NCBI GenBank assembly: GCA_041640035.1
Contig: JBEQBC010000005.1
Span: forward strand, 1 to 47,539
Origin: Candidatus Nanohaloarchaea archaeon
GTDB lineage: Archaea; Nanohalarchaeota; Nanosalinia; Nanosalinales; Nanosalinaceae
Direction of reading: 5' to 3'
DNA length: 47,539 nucleotides
In this document: positions 37,961 to 46,618 of the stretch, in pieces
Layout of the letters: each line of letters opens with the position of its first letter
Numbering within the stretch: the first letter of the stretch is position 1
Program-made: the position numbers and the translations under genes
Notes under the pieces: model-generated
Seen by the model: only the letters and a program-made list of their open reading frames with translations
Database searches by the model: none
What the model was told of the DNA's origin: nothing

Positions 37961-39076
37961 ATGAAGGAAGAAAAGATAGAACGGTTCGCAGACCTTATTC
38001 TCGAAAGAACAGTTGAACTGGAAAAAGGAGACAATGTCTACCTCGCAGCCAAAAGCACAGAAGTAATGCCGCTGGTAGACAAACTCAGAGAAAAGATAAT
38101 CAAACAGGGCGGATACCCGCACGAACACCTGATCTACGACTCACAGCTCGGAAGAGCCGGAATGGACTACACCTGGCTAAAACACGCATCAGAAGAACAG
38201 CTGGAAAATGTATCAGAAGCCAAGAAAAAAGAACTCGAAGAGATGGATGTATATCTCACCATCAGCAACCGGGACAACGAAAACGAACTGAACAACATTG
38301 ATTCAAGCAAGATAGCGAAAAGAAAACAGCACAACAAAGAGATAGCAGATATGCGTCGACACCTGAAATGGGGACTGGTACGGTTCCCAACAGATAGCCT
38401 GGCACAGAAAGCCTCCATGTCCACAGAAGACTTTGAGGACTTCATGTACGACGCAATCGATATAGACTGGGATAGACTTGAGGAGAAGAACCAGAAGGTC
38501 AAAGAGATATTCGACAACACGGATAAGGTAAGAGTTGTTTCTGAAGACACTGATATAGAGTTCAGCATCGAGAAAAGGAAAGGAACAGCCAGCATCGGCA
38601 AAAGAAACCTTCCAGACGGAGAGGTATTCTACACACCGGTCACTGACTCCGTCAACGGCGAAATCAGATTCACCTATCCCGGAAGAAAACAGGGTAACGA
38701 GGTCAGAAATGTCTGGCTGAAACTCGAAGACGGCAAAGTAGTGGACTTCAGCGCCGACAAAAACGAGGAATTCCTCCGCGAACAGATCAACCTGGATGAA
38801 GGCTCATGCAAGTTCGGAGAGTTCGGTATGGGAACCAACTGGGAGATCGACCGGTTCACCAACGAGATGGGACTGGACGAAAAGATGGGAGGAACAGTAC
38901 ACTTCGCACTGGGTAACGGATTCGACAAAGGAATACCTGAAGACGAAGAACCGAACGACTCAGCGATCCACTGGGACATCGTCAAAGACCTGAGAAAGCC
39001 TGAAGGCGACGGAGGCAAGATAATCGCTGATGGCGAAGTAGTACAGGAAGACGGCGAATGGCAGTTCGAGATCTGA
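37961..39076 (+). CDS. M29-family aminopeptidase (AmpS/AmpT)
   Basis: W.L..FPT..LAQ.A.MS, NLPDGEVFYTP, GEFGMG.N, DEKMGGTVHFALG, SAIHWDIV. Confidence 0.93.
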   Translation: MKEEKIERFADLILERTVELEKGDNVYLAAKSTEVMPLVDKLREKIIKQGGYPHEHLIYDSQLGRAGMDYTWLKHASEEQLENVSEAKKKELEEMDVYLTISNRDNENELNNIDSSKIAKRKQHNKEIADMRRHLKWGLVRFPTDSLAQKASMSTEDFEDFMYDAIDIDWDRLEEKNQKVKEIFDNTDKVRVVSEDTDIEFSIEKRKGTASIGKRNLPDGEVFYTPVTDSVNGEIRFTYPGRKQGNEVRNVWLKLEDGKVVDFSADKNEEFLREQINLDEGSCKFGEFGMGTNWEIDRFTNEMGLDEKMGGTVHFALGNGFDKGIPEDEEPNDSAIHWDIVKDLRKPEGDGGKIIADGEVVQEDGEWQFEI

Positions 39077-39128
39077 ATTAGACCGGTTTCGAAACATCAA
39101 TAAGACTGAAGCCGAGAACCGTAAACTG

Positions 39129-39716
39129 ATGAGTTCAACCGAAGTAAGTACAGACGGACATATCGAAGTGATCACAGGCTCGATGTTCTCAGGTAAGACA
39201 GAGGAACTGATACGAAGACTGGAGCGAGCTAAGATCGCAGAACAAGAGATAGAAGTATTCAAACCAGCGATAGACGACAGATACGGAGAACAGGAAATCG
39301 GATCGCACGCAGGCTCCAAATGGAAAGCCAAAGTAGTTGAACAGGACGAAGGACTTGAAAAGAAAGTAAAAGAAACTGATGCAGATGTAATCGCATTTGA
39401 TGAAGCGAACTTCTTCAACAAGGAACTGGTCAGTGTATGCCAGGAACTCGCTGACAGCGGTAAGAGAGTGATAGTTACAGGTATAGATCAGAACTTCCGC
39501 GGAGAACCATTTGAACCTGTTCCCGCGCTCATGGCGTCAGCCGAGTACATCGAAAAGCTTCGTGCAATATGCCAGGTATGCGGAAGACCGGCGACAAGAA
39601 ATCAGAGACTTATCGATGGTGAACCCGCACATGTTGACGAACCGGAAGTGGTTGTAGGTGCCGAGGAGAAATACGAGGCAAGATGCCGTCACTGCCACGA
39701 ACTCCAGAATGAATAA
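39129..39716 (+). CDS. tdk: Thymidine kinase
   Basis: GSMFSGKTEELIRR, FKP.ID.RY, DEANFF, G.D..FRGEPF, CQVC, YEARCRHC. Confidence 0.95.
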   Translation: MSSTEVSTDGHIEVITGSMFSGKTEELIRRLERAKIAEQEIEVFKPAIDDRYGEQEIGSHAGSKWKAKVVEQDEGLEKKVKETDADVIAFDEANFFNKELVSVCQELADSGKRVIVTGIDQNFRGEPFEPVPALMASAEYIEKLRAICQVCGRPATRNQRLIDGEPAHVDEPEVVVGAEEKYEARCRHCHELQNE

Positions 39717-39780
39717 AACGGAAAAACCACGGGTCAGTCGTGTTGGAATTTAAAAGTTTTTGACTAAATGGTGTTTGTAT

Positions 39781-40200
39781 ATGACGACAGCATACGATGT
39801 AAAAGCAGAGCCTCTGATCATGGAAGTAGCAGAGGATCTGGAGGAAGAGTTCGACGCACCGGATTGGACAGAATATGTTAAAACCGGTGTCAGCAAAGAG
39901 AAACCACCACAGCAAAGCAACTGGTACCACATCAGAAGCGCAGCAGTGCTTAGAAGAATATACATGGATGGTCCGCTAGGAGTATCCAAGCTTCGAACCA
40001 TCTTCGGAGACAACAGCAACAACGGTCACGCACCGGAGCACCACGGAAAGGCATCCGGAAAGGTAATCAGAACTGCACTTCAAAACCTTGAAGAAGCAGG
40101 ACTGGTAGAAGAGATTGAAGGAGAAGGCCGACAGATAACCGAAGACGGACAGGCACTACTAGACGACTACGCAGACGACGTCCTGGCAATAAAGCGCTAG
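39781..40200 (+). CDS. rps19e: 30S ribosomal protein S19e
   Basis: P.W..YVKTG..KE.PP, W...R.A.VLR..Y..GP.GV, SGKVIR.ALQ.LE; start at MTTAYDV. Confidence 0.95.
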   Translation: MTTAYDVKAEPLIMEVAEDLEEEFDAPDWTEYVKTGVSKEKPPQQSNWYHIRSAAVLRRIYMDGPLGVSKLRTIFGDNSNNGHAPEHHGKASGKVIRTALQNLEEAGLVEEIEGEGRQITEDGQALLDDYADDVLAIKR

Positions 40201-40204
40201 GAGA

Positions 40205-40519
40205 ATGGTTGACGAAGACGAACTCGAGAAACTCCGAGAACAGAAAAAGGAACAGCTGGAAGAACAGGAACGCCAGCAAGAGGAGCAGAAACAACAGATC
40301 AGCCAGATGGCCAAACAGCACCTCACAAGTGAGGCGCAGAGCCGTCTGGAAAGGGTTCGCATGGCTCAACCGGAGCTTGTCTCCAGTCTTGAGATGCAGA
40401 TTGCCCGGATGGGTGAGCAGACTCAGGGGAAGATCGGAGACGACCAGTTGAAAGACATACTTAAATCAATACAGAAGGAAAAACAGGATAACGAGTCTAA
40501 CATCAAGTTCAGGAGGTGA
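40205..40519 (+). CDS. PDCD5-like DNA-binding protein (DUF122)
   Basis: DELEKLR, LT.EA.SRL..VRMA.PE, I.D..LK.IL, IKFRR; conserved position after rps19e. Confidence 0.88.
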   Translation: MVDEDELEKLREQKKEQLEEQERQQEEQKQQISQMAKQHLTSEAQSRLERVRMAQPELVSSLEMQIARMGEQTQGKIGDDQLKDILKSIQKEKQDNESNIKFRR

Positions 40520-40529
40520 ACACTTTACT

Positions 40530-40700
40530 ATGGGAAAGAAATCAAAGTCAAAAAAGAAGCGACTTGCGAAAGCAAATAAAACCGCAAAATCCGCTCCACG
40601 GTGGGTTTCAATCAAGGCATTCGGAATGGACCAGGCACGAAGAAAGTCCATCAAGCCACGAAAGAGCCGACACTGGAGACGAAACGACACTGACGAATAA
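40530..40700 (+). CDS. rpl39e: 50S ribosomal protein L39e (56 aa, absent from the ORF track)
   Basis: Manual translation MGKKSKSKKKRLAKANKTAKSAPRWVSIK...RHWRRNDTDE; GGAGGTGA upstream; canonical position. Confidence 0.92.
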   Translation: MGKKSKSKKKRLAKANKTAKSAPRWVSIKAFGMDQARRKSIKPRKSRHWRRNDTDE

Positions 40701-41129
40701 ATGACACGAGAAACCGTAAACCTTTCAAGGGCAAGAGTAGCATCCCGCAACAGCCGTGCTAAGAGAGCTGTGAAAATACTCAGAGAAAAGCTCTCCAACA
40801 AGGCAGGAGAAGAAGTAAGTATCAGCAGCGAAGTAAACCAGGAGATCTGGGAACGTGGAGCAAGCAAACCTCCAGCAAAGATCACGGTAGATGTACAGGC
40901 AACAGAGAACGGCTTGAGAGCATTCTCAGCAGAACAGCCAGACACATCCTCCTCTTCAACGAGCTCTTCCAGCAGCAGTGTTGATTACGAGGAAGTAGTT
41001 GAAGGCACAGTTGCCGAAGTCAAAGAAAAGGTAGAGGAAGAGGACCTAGAACCTGAAAAGGTACTGGAAGCAGAGAAAGAGAAGAAAGACAGGAAGACAC
41101 TGAAACAGTTCCTCAAGGACCTGATCTAA
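40701..41129 (+). CDS. rpl31e: 50S ribosomal protein L31e with C-terminal extension
   Basis: R..RAKRAVK.LRE, VN.EIW.RG..KPP.KI.V; then a Ser-rich linker and acidic domain. Confidence 0.88.
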   Translation: MTRETVNLSRARVASRNSRAKRAVKILREKLSNKAGEEVSISSEVNQEIWERGASKPPAKITVDVQATENGLRAFSAEQPDTSSSSTSSSSSSVDYEEVVEGTVAEVKEKVEEEDLEPEKVLEAEKEKKDRKTLKQFLKDLI

Positions 41130-41205
41130 AAAATCTCTTTTTCCAACTCTCTCTTAACCAACATATCCTCTTTAACTTTCTCAACGAGGCATTAGAACAA
41201 GAAAA

Positions 41206-41850
41206 ATGATAGAAAAATACAATTACGAAGGAAACACCACAGTAGGACTTTACGGCGTAGCCACCAACAAGTACGCAGTAGTCCCACCAGAATTCAAGAG
41301 AAAACAATTATTCGAAGTAGACACAGTAGTAGAAACATACATGGCACAGACACGGCTCGTAGGAATGTTCGCAGCCGGAAACTCCAACTGCCTTCTCATA
41401 CCGGAAAACACAGCACGGAGAGAAAAGAAAACACTGAAAGAATCAGAGATACCTGTCAAGGAGATAGACGCACAGGACAACGCACTCGGCAACCTGGTGA
41501 TCGCAAACGACAAAGGAGCAATCATCAGCCCGAAGATCGAAGAACACCAGAAAGAGATCGAAGAAGCACTCGAAGTAGAAGTAGAGGTCATGAAGATCGC
41601 AGGCATACCGAACACAGGAGTATGTGGAAAAGCAAACAGCAACGGAGTACTTCTACACCGAGCAGCCAGTGAAGAAGACGCAGAGAAAGCGAAGGAAGCA
41701 CTAGATGTAGAAAATGTAGATATCGGCACAGTCAACATGGGGTCGCCTTTCATCGGCTCAGGACTGATAGCAAACGACCAACTGATGCTGACCGGGGAAG
41801 ACACCACAGGACCGGAAATCGGCCGTATAGACACCACACTCAACCAGTAA
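41206..41850 (+). CDS. eif6: Translation initiation factor 6 (aIF6)
   Basis: G...VG.Y, GNL..AND.GA, AN..GVLLH, GTVN.GSPFIGSG..AN, TTGPE..RI. Confidence 0.93.
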   Translation: MIEKYNYEGNTTVGLYGVATNKYAVVPPEFKRKQLFEVDTVVETYMAQTRLVGMFAAGNSNCLLIPENTARREKKTLKESEIPVKEIDAQDNALGNLVIANDKGAIISPKIEEHQKEIEEALEVEVEVMKIAGIPNTGVCGKANSNGVLLHRAASEEDAEKAKEALDVENVDIGTVNMGSPFIGSGLIANDQLMLTGEDTTGPEIGRIDTTLNQ

Positions 41851-41926
41851 CATATCTTCTATTTTCTGTTACAATTAACCCGTGTACCTCTGTTTTATTT
41901 AACCGGAAACAGCAAAATAACTTGTA

Positions 41927-42784
41927 ATGGACCCAACCGTCTCCGACCAGTACGCACAGTACTTTCTGCCACTGGCAGACAAGGCGAAGACACTAGTTCC
42001 AAGCCTTGAAGAAGACCTCAAAGGAGCACGGATGGATGTCAACCCGGAAAGCTACATAGCCGGATGCATAGCACGCGCAGTACAGGTAACAATAGCAGTA
42101 GGCGCCTCACTCGTAACAGCAGGGCTCATAATGGGTAACAGCATGCTCTGGAAGATCGGAGCAGTAGGAACACCTATACTTGGATTCCTGATATTTCTAA
42201 CATTCGCATACCAGCCCAAAGTTACCGCAAACAAGAAATCAAGGCTTCTAGAAAAAGAACTACCATACGCACTAAGACATATGCTTATCGAGGTAAGCTC
42301 CGGGATCAGCCTGTACGAAGCGATGGTGTCCGTAAGCACAGACTACGGAGAAGCCTCAAACGAATTCAACCGTATCGTAAACGATATACAGGGAGGTAAA
42401 AGCCAGGTAGAAGCACTGGAAGACTCCATCAGCCGGAACCCCAGCATCATGTACCGGCGAGCAGTCTGGCAGATGATCAACGCCTTGAAATCAGGAGCAG
42501 ACATCACCAAGACACTGGACTCACTAGTAGACACCATGATCGAGGAACAGAAACTAGAGGTCCAGAACTACGGAGAGGATCTGAACCCGTTCATCCTGAT
42601 GTACCTGATGCTAGCTGTCATCTTCCCAAGCCTCGGAGCCACCTTGATGATCGTAATATCCTCATTCACAGGCTTCAACCTCAGCAACAACATGTTCCTC
42701 GGAATGCTTGGAGGACTGGCAGTGTTCCAGGTATTCTTCCTAAACCTGGTCAAAAGCAAGAGACCTGAGGTGAAAGCAGCATAA
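41927..42784 (+). CDS. Type IV pilus platform protein (T2SS F / TadB-C like)
   Basis: EKELPYALRHM..EV.SG.SL.EAM, YGE.S.EF, ALKSGAD. Confidence 0.88.
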   Translation: MDPTVSDQYAQYFLPLADKAKTLVPSLEEDLKGARMDVNPESYIAGCIARAVQVTIAVGASLVTAGLIMGNSMLWKIGAVGTPILGFLIFLTFAYQPKVTANKKSRLLEKELPYALRHMLIEVSSGISLYEAMVSVSTDYGEASNEFNRIVNDIQGGKSQVEALEDSISRNPSIMYRRAVWQMINALKSGADITKTLDSLVDTMIEEQKLEVQNYGEDLNPFILMYLMLAVIFPSLGATLMIVISSFTGFNLSNNMFLGMLGGLAVFQVFFLNLVKSKRPEVKAA

Positions 42785-43812
42785 TGGCAGACCTCGGCGA
42801 CAGAATCCACAGCGTCGTGAAGACCACATACGAGAAGCTGCCAGACTTCTACAAAGACCGGGTAGAAAAAGAAGCATTCTACGCACGGATAGACGATTAC
42901 GAAACCAAGTTCTTCCAGATAGCCGCAGTAACATCGATACTAACACTGGTACTGCCGTTCCTCTCAAGCTTCACACAGACCGCACAGATCGCGATATCAG
43001 CGATCTCAACGCTTGTAGGTATATTCGCAGTACCGTACCTCTACTTCTCACTCAAAGCAGAAAGCCGGAAAGACGAGATGGAGAATCTCTTGCCTGACGC
43101 ATTACGCCTAGTATCAGCGAACATCAAATCAGGTCACAACCTGGAGAAAGCATTATTGCTTTCAGCAAGAGACGAGTTCGGACCACTAGCGGAAGAGTTC
43201 AGAGAAACAGCCATGGACATGTACGGAGGAAAGCCCGTGGATGAAGCACTCAAAAACATGGAAAACCGTGTCAAATCACCGCTCTTCAGCGAAACCATCA
43301 AACTCCTGGTCGACGCGATGGACGCAGGAGCAAACACAGCAGACCTTCTCGAAAGCAGCAGCAACGATGTAAGAAAAAGCATCGAACTACGAGACGAAAT
43401 CAAATCTTCGATTCGTATGTACACAGTATTCATCATGATGGCAGCGATCGTAGGAGCACCACTCCTGTTCTCAATCAGCGTCCACATGGCCCAGGAAACT
43501 ACAACTATGTGGGATGAAGCCGACATCGGAAGCATGGAAGACGCCGGAGGCGCAGGTGGAGGCGGTATGGGAGGAGGAATGGGAATGAGCCTGGACTTCT
43601 CAGCTCCCCAGATCGATATCGCGTTCTTCGAACAGTTCGCTATGATGGCAATCGTGCTGATCAACTTCTTCTCAGCACTGATAATAGCCCAGATAAGCAG
43701 CGGAAACATCAAGAAAGGAGCCAAATACATACCCGTGTTCGTAACAGTAGCATTAGTGCTGTTCGCAGTAGTAAGACAGGGAGTAGCAGCACTCATGGGA
43801 AGCATGGGTTAG
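42784..43812 (+). CDS. Type IV pilus platform protein (T2SS F / TadC like)
   Basis: LPDALRLVSANIKSG...EKAL..SAR.EFGPLAEE, G..V..AL; 1-bp overlap with the upstream paralogue. Confidence 0.88.
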   Translation: MADLGDRIHSVVKTTYEKLPDFYKDRVEKEAFYARIDDYETKFFQIAAVTSILTLVLPFLSSFTQTAQIAISAISTLVGIFAVPYLYFSLKAESRKDEMENLLPDALRLVSANIKSGHNLEKALLLSARDEFGPLAEEFRETAMDMYGGKPVDEALKNMENRVKSPLFSETIKLLVDAMDAGANTADLLESSSNDVRKSIELRDEIKSSIRMYTVFIMMAAIVGAPLLFSISVHMAQETTTMWDEADIGSMEDAGGAGGGGMGGGMGMSLDFSAPQIDIAFFEQFAMMAIVLINFFSALIIAQISSGNIKKGAKYIPVFVTVALVLFAVVRQGVAALMGSMG

Positions 43813-43883
43813 ACCTCCGTACCAGAAAGGTTATAATTCAGAGAGATTCAACATTTTTTATCGAGATCAGCAGGTGTTGAACC

Positions 43884-44375
43884 GTGAGCGAGATTTTCAG
43901 ACAGAGAAAAGGACAGTCAGCAATCGAGTACCTGATGACCTACGGATGGATGCTACTCGTAGTAGCAATCGTCGGAGGAGCAATCTTCGCAACTGTACAA
44001 AGCCAGTGTGTTTCTTCAGTTACTAACAAGCACGGTGAAGAGCTTCAGATAACAGATGTAGGAGTACAGGCCGGAGAAAATGAGAACATCGAACTGGTGT
44101 TCGAAAACAAAGGTCAGGACACTGCAGAGATAACCAACCTGGTGATCAGAGATAGACAGGGAACAGAGGGTACAGACACCATCCTGGCTCCAACATGGTA
44201 CGGTAACTACGAGATCGATCCTCACGAGACCAAAGTGATAGAAGTAGACCAGTTCGCAAACATCGCAGAATCTGACAGCTGCAACGAATTCTTCGTAGAA
44301 GTCACCTACAACCAGGGTGCGATAGATAACCAGGTGATTGAACCTGTCATCTCCATTCCTGCCGAAGTAAGCTAG
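43884..44375 (+). CDS. Archaeal type IV pilin 1 (class III signal peptide)
   Basis: RKG/QSAIEYLMTYGWMLLVVAIVGG; two Cys in the globular part. Confidence 0.9.
   Translation: MSEIFRQRKGQSAIEYLMTYGWMLLVVAIVGGAIFATVQSQCVSSVTNKHGEELQITDVGVQAGENENIELVFENKGQDTAEITNLVIRDRQGTEGTDTILAPTWYGNYEIDPHETKVIEVDQFANIAESDSCNEFFVEVTYNQGAIDNQVIEPVISIPAEVS
43903..43993 (+). repeat. 91-bp perfect direct repeat, copy 1 (pilin N-terminus)
   Basis: Identical to 44620-44710. Confidence 0.92.
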
Positions 44376-44561
44376 AAAACATATCTAACGGTTTCTACAC
44401 CATCTCAATACGGCTATTCAAAAGATTAATGAGTCAGCAGACAAAGAAATTTTGGACGGACCAAAACACATTCAGAACCACCTAAAAACAATCTTAAACA
44501 CATTTAACACAGGTAAAGCCACTGAAAGGTTTTTTATACCAGCCCTTACCATACTGCCTTA

Positions 44562-45134
44562 ATGGGTGACAAAATCCCTCTTATGAACACAGAGCAAACA
44601 GAAAGACTCTTCAATACAGAGAGAAAAGGACAGTCAGCAATCGAGTACCTGATGACCTACGGATGGATGCTACTCGTAGTAGCAATCGTCGGAGGAGCAA
44701 TCTTCGCAACCGTCCAAGGCCAGTGTACACAGTCCAGCTCCGGATTCACCGGACAGGACATTCAAGTAGCTGACTTCGGAGTCACAGGAGGCGACACGCT
44801 GACTGTAGAACTTCGAAACGCTGGAGCAGAAAGAATCACAGTTAACCAGCTAACAATGACCAACACTGATGACGAAGTTCAGGTTGTAACCAATTCAACA
44901 GCTTCCTATTACGATGCAGACACTACAGATAGCTCAGCTCAAAATGTAGGAAGCGCTATTGGAAGCGATAACCAGATTGATGTCGGAGACTCCACAACAT
45001 TCACACTTCCGAATGTTGAGAGCACAGAAGGCTGCAATACATTTGACTTCGCAGTTGACTACGACCAAGGCAACCTTGACAACCAAAGACTGGCTGGAAC
45101 CCTAACAGACTCCATCCAGTTCTTCGCTCCTTAA
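44562..45134 (+). CDS. Archaeal type IV pilin 2 (start at 44562 or 44583)
   Basis: Same class III signal peptide; own TTTTTATA box near 44530; N-x-S/T sequon NST. Confidence 0.9.
   Translation: MGDKIPLMNTEQTERLFNTERKGQSAIEYLMTYGWMLLVVAIVGGAIFATVQGQCTQSSSGFTGQDIQVADFGVTGGDTLTVELRNAGAERITVNQLTMTNTDDEVQVVTNSTASYYDADTTDSSAQNVGSAIGSDNQIDVGDSTTFTLPNVESTEGCNTFDFAVDYDQGNLDNQRLAGTLTDSIQFFAP
44620..44710 (+). repeat. 91-bp perfect direct repeat, copy 2
   Basis: Identical to 43903-43993. Confidence 0.92.
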
Positions 45135-45170
45135 AGTAGAAGAGTCTTTCGTAGAGACAAATCACATCAA

Positions 45171-45225
45171 GAGGGAAGCAGCCTAGCTGTTTCCTCTCTT
45201 TTCACACTTTTTCCTTTTTCATTTT
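45171..45225 (+). terminator. Hairpin followed by T tracts after pilin 2
   Basis: GGGAAGCAGC-CTA-GCTGTTTCCT stem-loop, then several T runs. Confidence 0.55.
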
Positions 45226-45379
45226 GGAAAAGAAACTTCCAAACTACTTTCTTCTTATATTCTAAACCAAAACACGCACTATTCTTTGCTTATCTATTGA
45301 TTGTGAACCAGAGTACTTTTTCTGTAAGAAGTTGAGCTGTTAGATGTACCCTGATTTCTTCTTAATGTACTCTAGTTGT

Positions 45380-46618
45380 TTATTCGGCTAGGTCGTTCAG
45401 GTTCCATCGGTCTATGTGTTCCTGGTCGAGGGTGAAGTCGGATAGGTAATCTGATCCTGAGTCACCGAAGCTTACTCCACGAATCTGTGATGTAGCTCCG
45501 TACTGTGTTGGGTCTTCGCTGAAGAATACATAGTCTACATTTGAGTCGCTGCTGCTGGTCTGAAGCTCTGTCTTGTTAACCATGCTGACCAGTCCGGTAT
45601 CTGTACCAGGTGAAGGATCGTTTTCCAGCCTGTCGAAGAACCCAGGTCCGTTCAGACTAGCTCCGTCTGATTCCATGTAGCAGCTTCTGCTTATCATCTC
45701 TCTAATCCTTGTATTGTATAACTGGCTGCCATCAATTACCATGGATTCGTTATCGCTTAGAGTTGTTGCTTCTCCGATTCCGTATAGGTAGTGCGTGTTG
45801 TAGTCTCCAGGGTTGTCGACTTCTGAGGCTGATACTGCGGCTTCGAAGTTCTGTGTATCACCTGGTTCGTAATTTGCCTGTAGGTCTTCTGATACAATTA
45901 TCCTGTTCTCGTACTGAGTATCTACATCGATAACCGGGTTGAAAACGACTTTGCCCCAGACAAGTGATCCGGAGTTCTGTGAGCCTCCTCCGATCTGCTG
46001 GGAGAGATCTGTGAATCCGCAGCGTTCGTAGAAATGGCCGTAGAAATCACCGGTCTTGAGACGAAGCAATGGATCCTCCAAACCTTCGATACTCTGAACT
46101 GAAGAAGCAGAACTTGACTGATTGAAGGTAGTCTGTGTAGAGGGATCACGGAGAGTTGACTCCATAGTAATATTTGAACGGATACTGAACTCGGAACCCG
46201 CTTTCTCAACATTCATATCCTCGAAACTGTGCTCAAAACCATATCCTGCAGTAGATGCTGCATCCGCAATCCTTCCACCCCAGTTACTCATCGAGGCGTT
46301 CTCCGTGTACTGTAAATTGAACTGGCCTGTAGATGCGTTCACAGAAGCTGAGGAAATGTTCTCTCCTGGCTGGCTCATCGGTACTCCTTCGCTCACCATG
46401 AAGCTGGTGACCCCGGACATTCCTCTGTCAAAAGCGATATTAAATGCTCTATCCATATCATCGTGAATAGTATCATGGTAGAAGCTGGCCTGTCCGATCA
46501 AGGCTGCATCACCATCAGTATCTACATCCAGTCCCTGGTAAGGCATCAGCATCAGTGAAAGCAGGACTGCTGAAGCCATCACCGCGAAGGTGGTGTAGGT
46601 CATACCCTTTCTATTCAT
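45380..46618 (-). CDS. Large pilin-like/surface protein with class III-like signal peptide
   Basis: MNRKG/MTYT plus hydrophobic helix; SIEGLEDPL, GPGFFDRLE, VDY motifs; many N-x-S/T sequons. Confidence 0.7.
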   Translation of the reverse strand: MNRKGMTYTTFAVMASAVLLSLMLMPYQGLDVDTDGDAALIGQASFYHDTIHDDMDRAFNIAFDRGMSGVTSFMVSEGVPMSQPGENISSASVNASTGQFNLQYTENASMSNWGGRIADAASTAGYGFEHSFEDMNVEKAGSEFSIRSNITMESTLRDPSTQTTFNQSSSASSVQSIEGLEDPLLRLKTGDFYGHFYERCGFTDLSQQIGGGSQNSGSLVWGKVVFNPVIDVDTQYENRIIVSEDLQANYEPGDTQNFEAAVSASEVDNPGDYNTHYLYGIGEATTLSDNESMVIDGSQLYNTRIREMISRSCYMESDGASLNGPGFFDRLENDPSPGTDTGLVSMVNKTELQTSSSDSNVDYVFFSEDPTQYGATSQIRGVSFGDSGSDYLSDFTLDQEHIDRWNLNDLAE

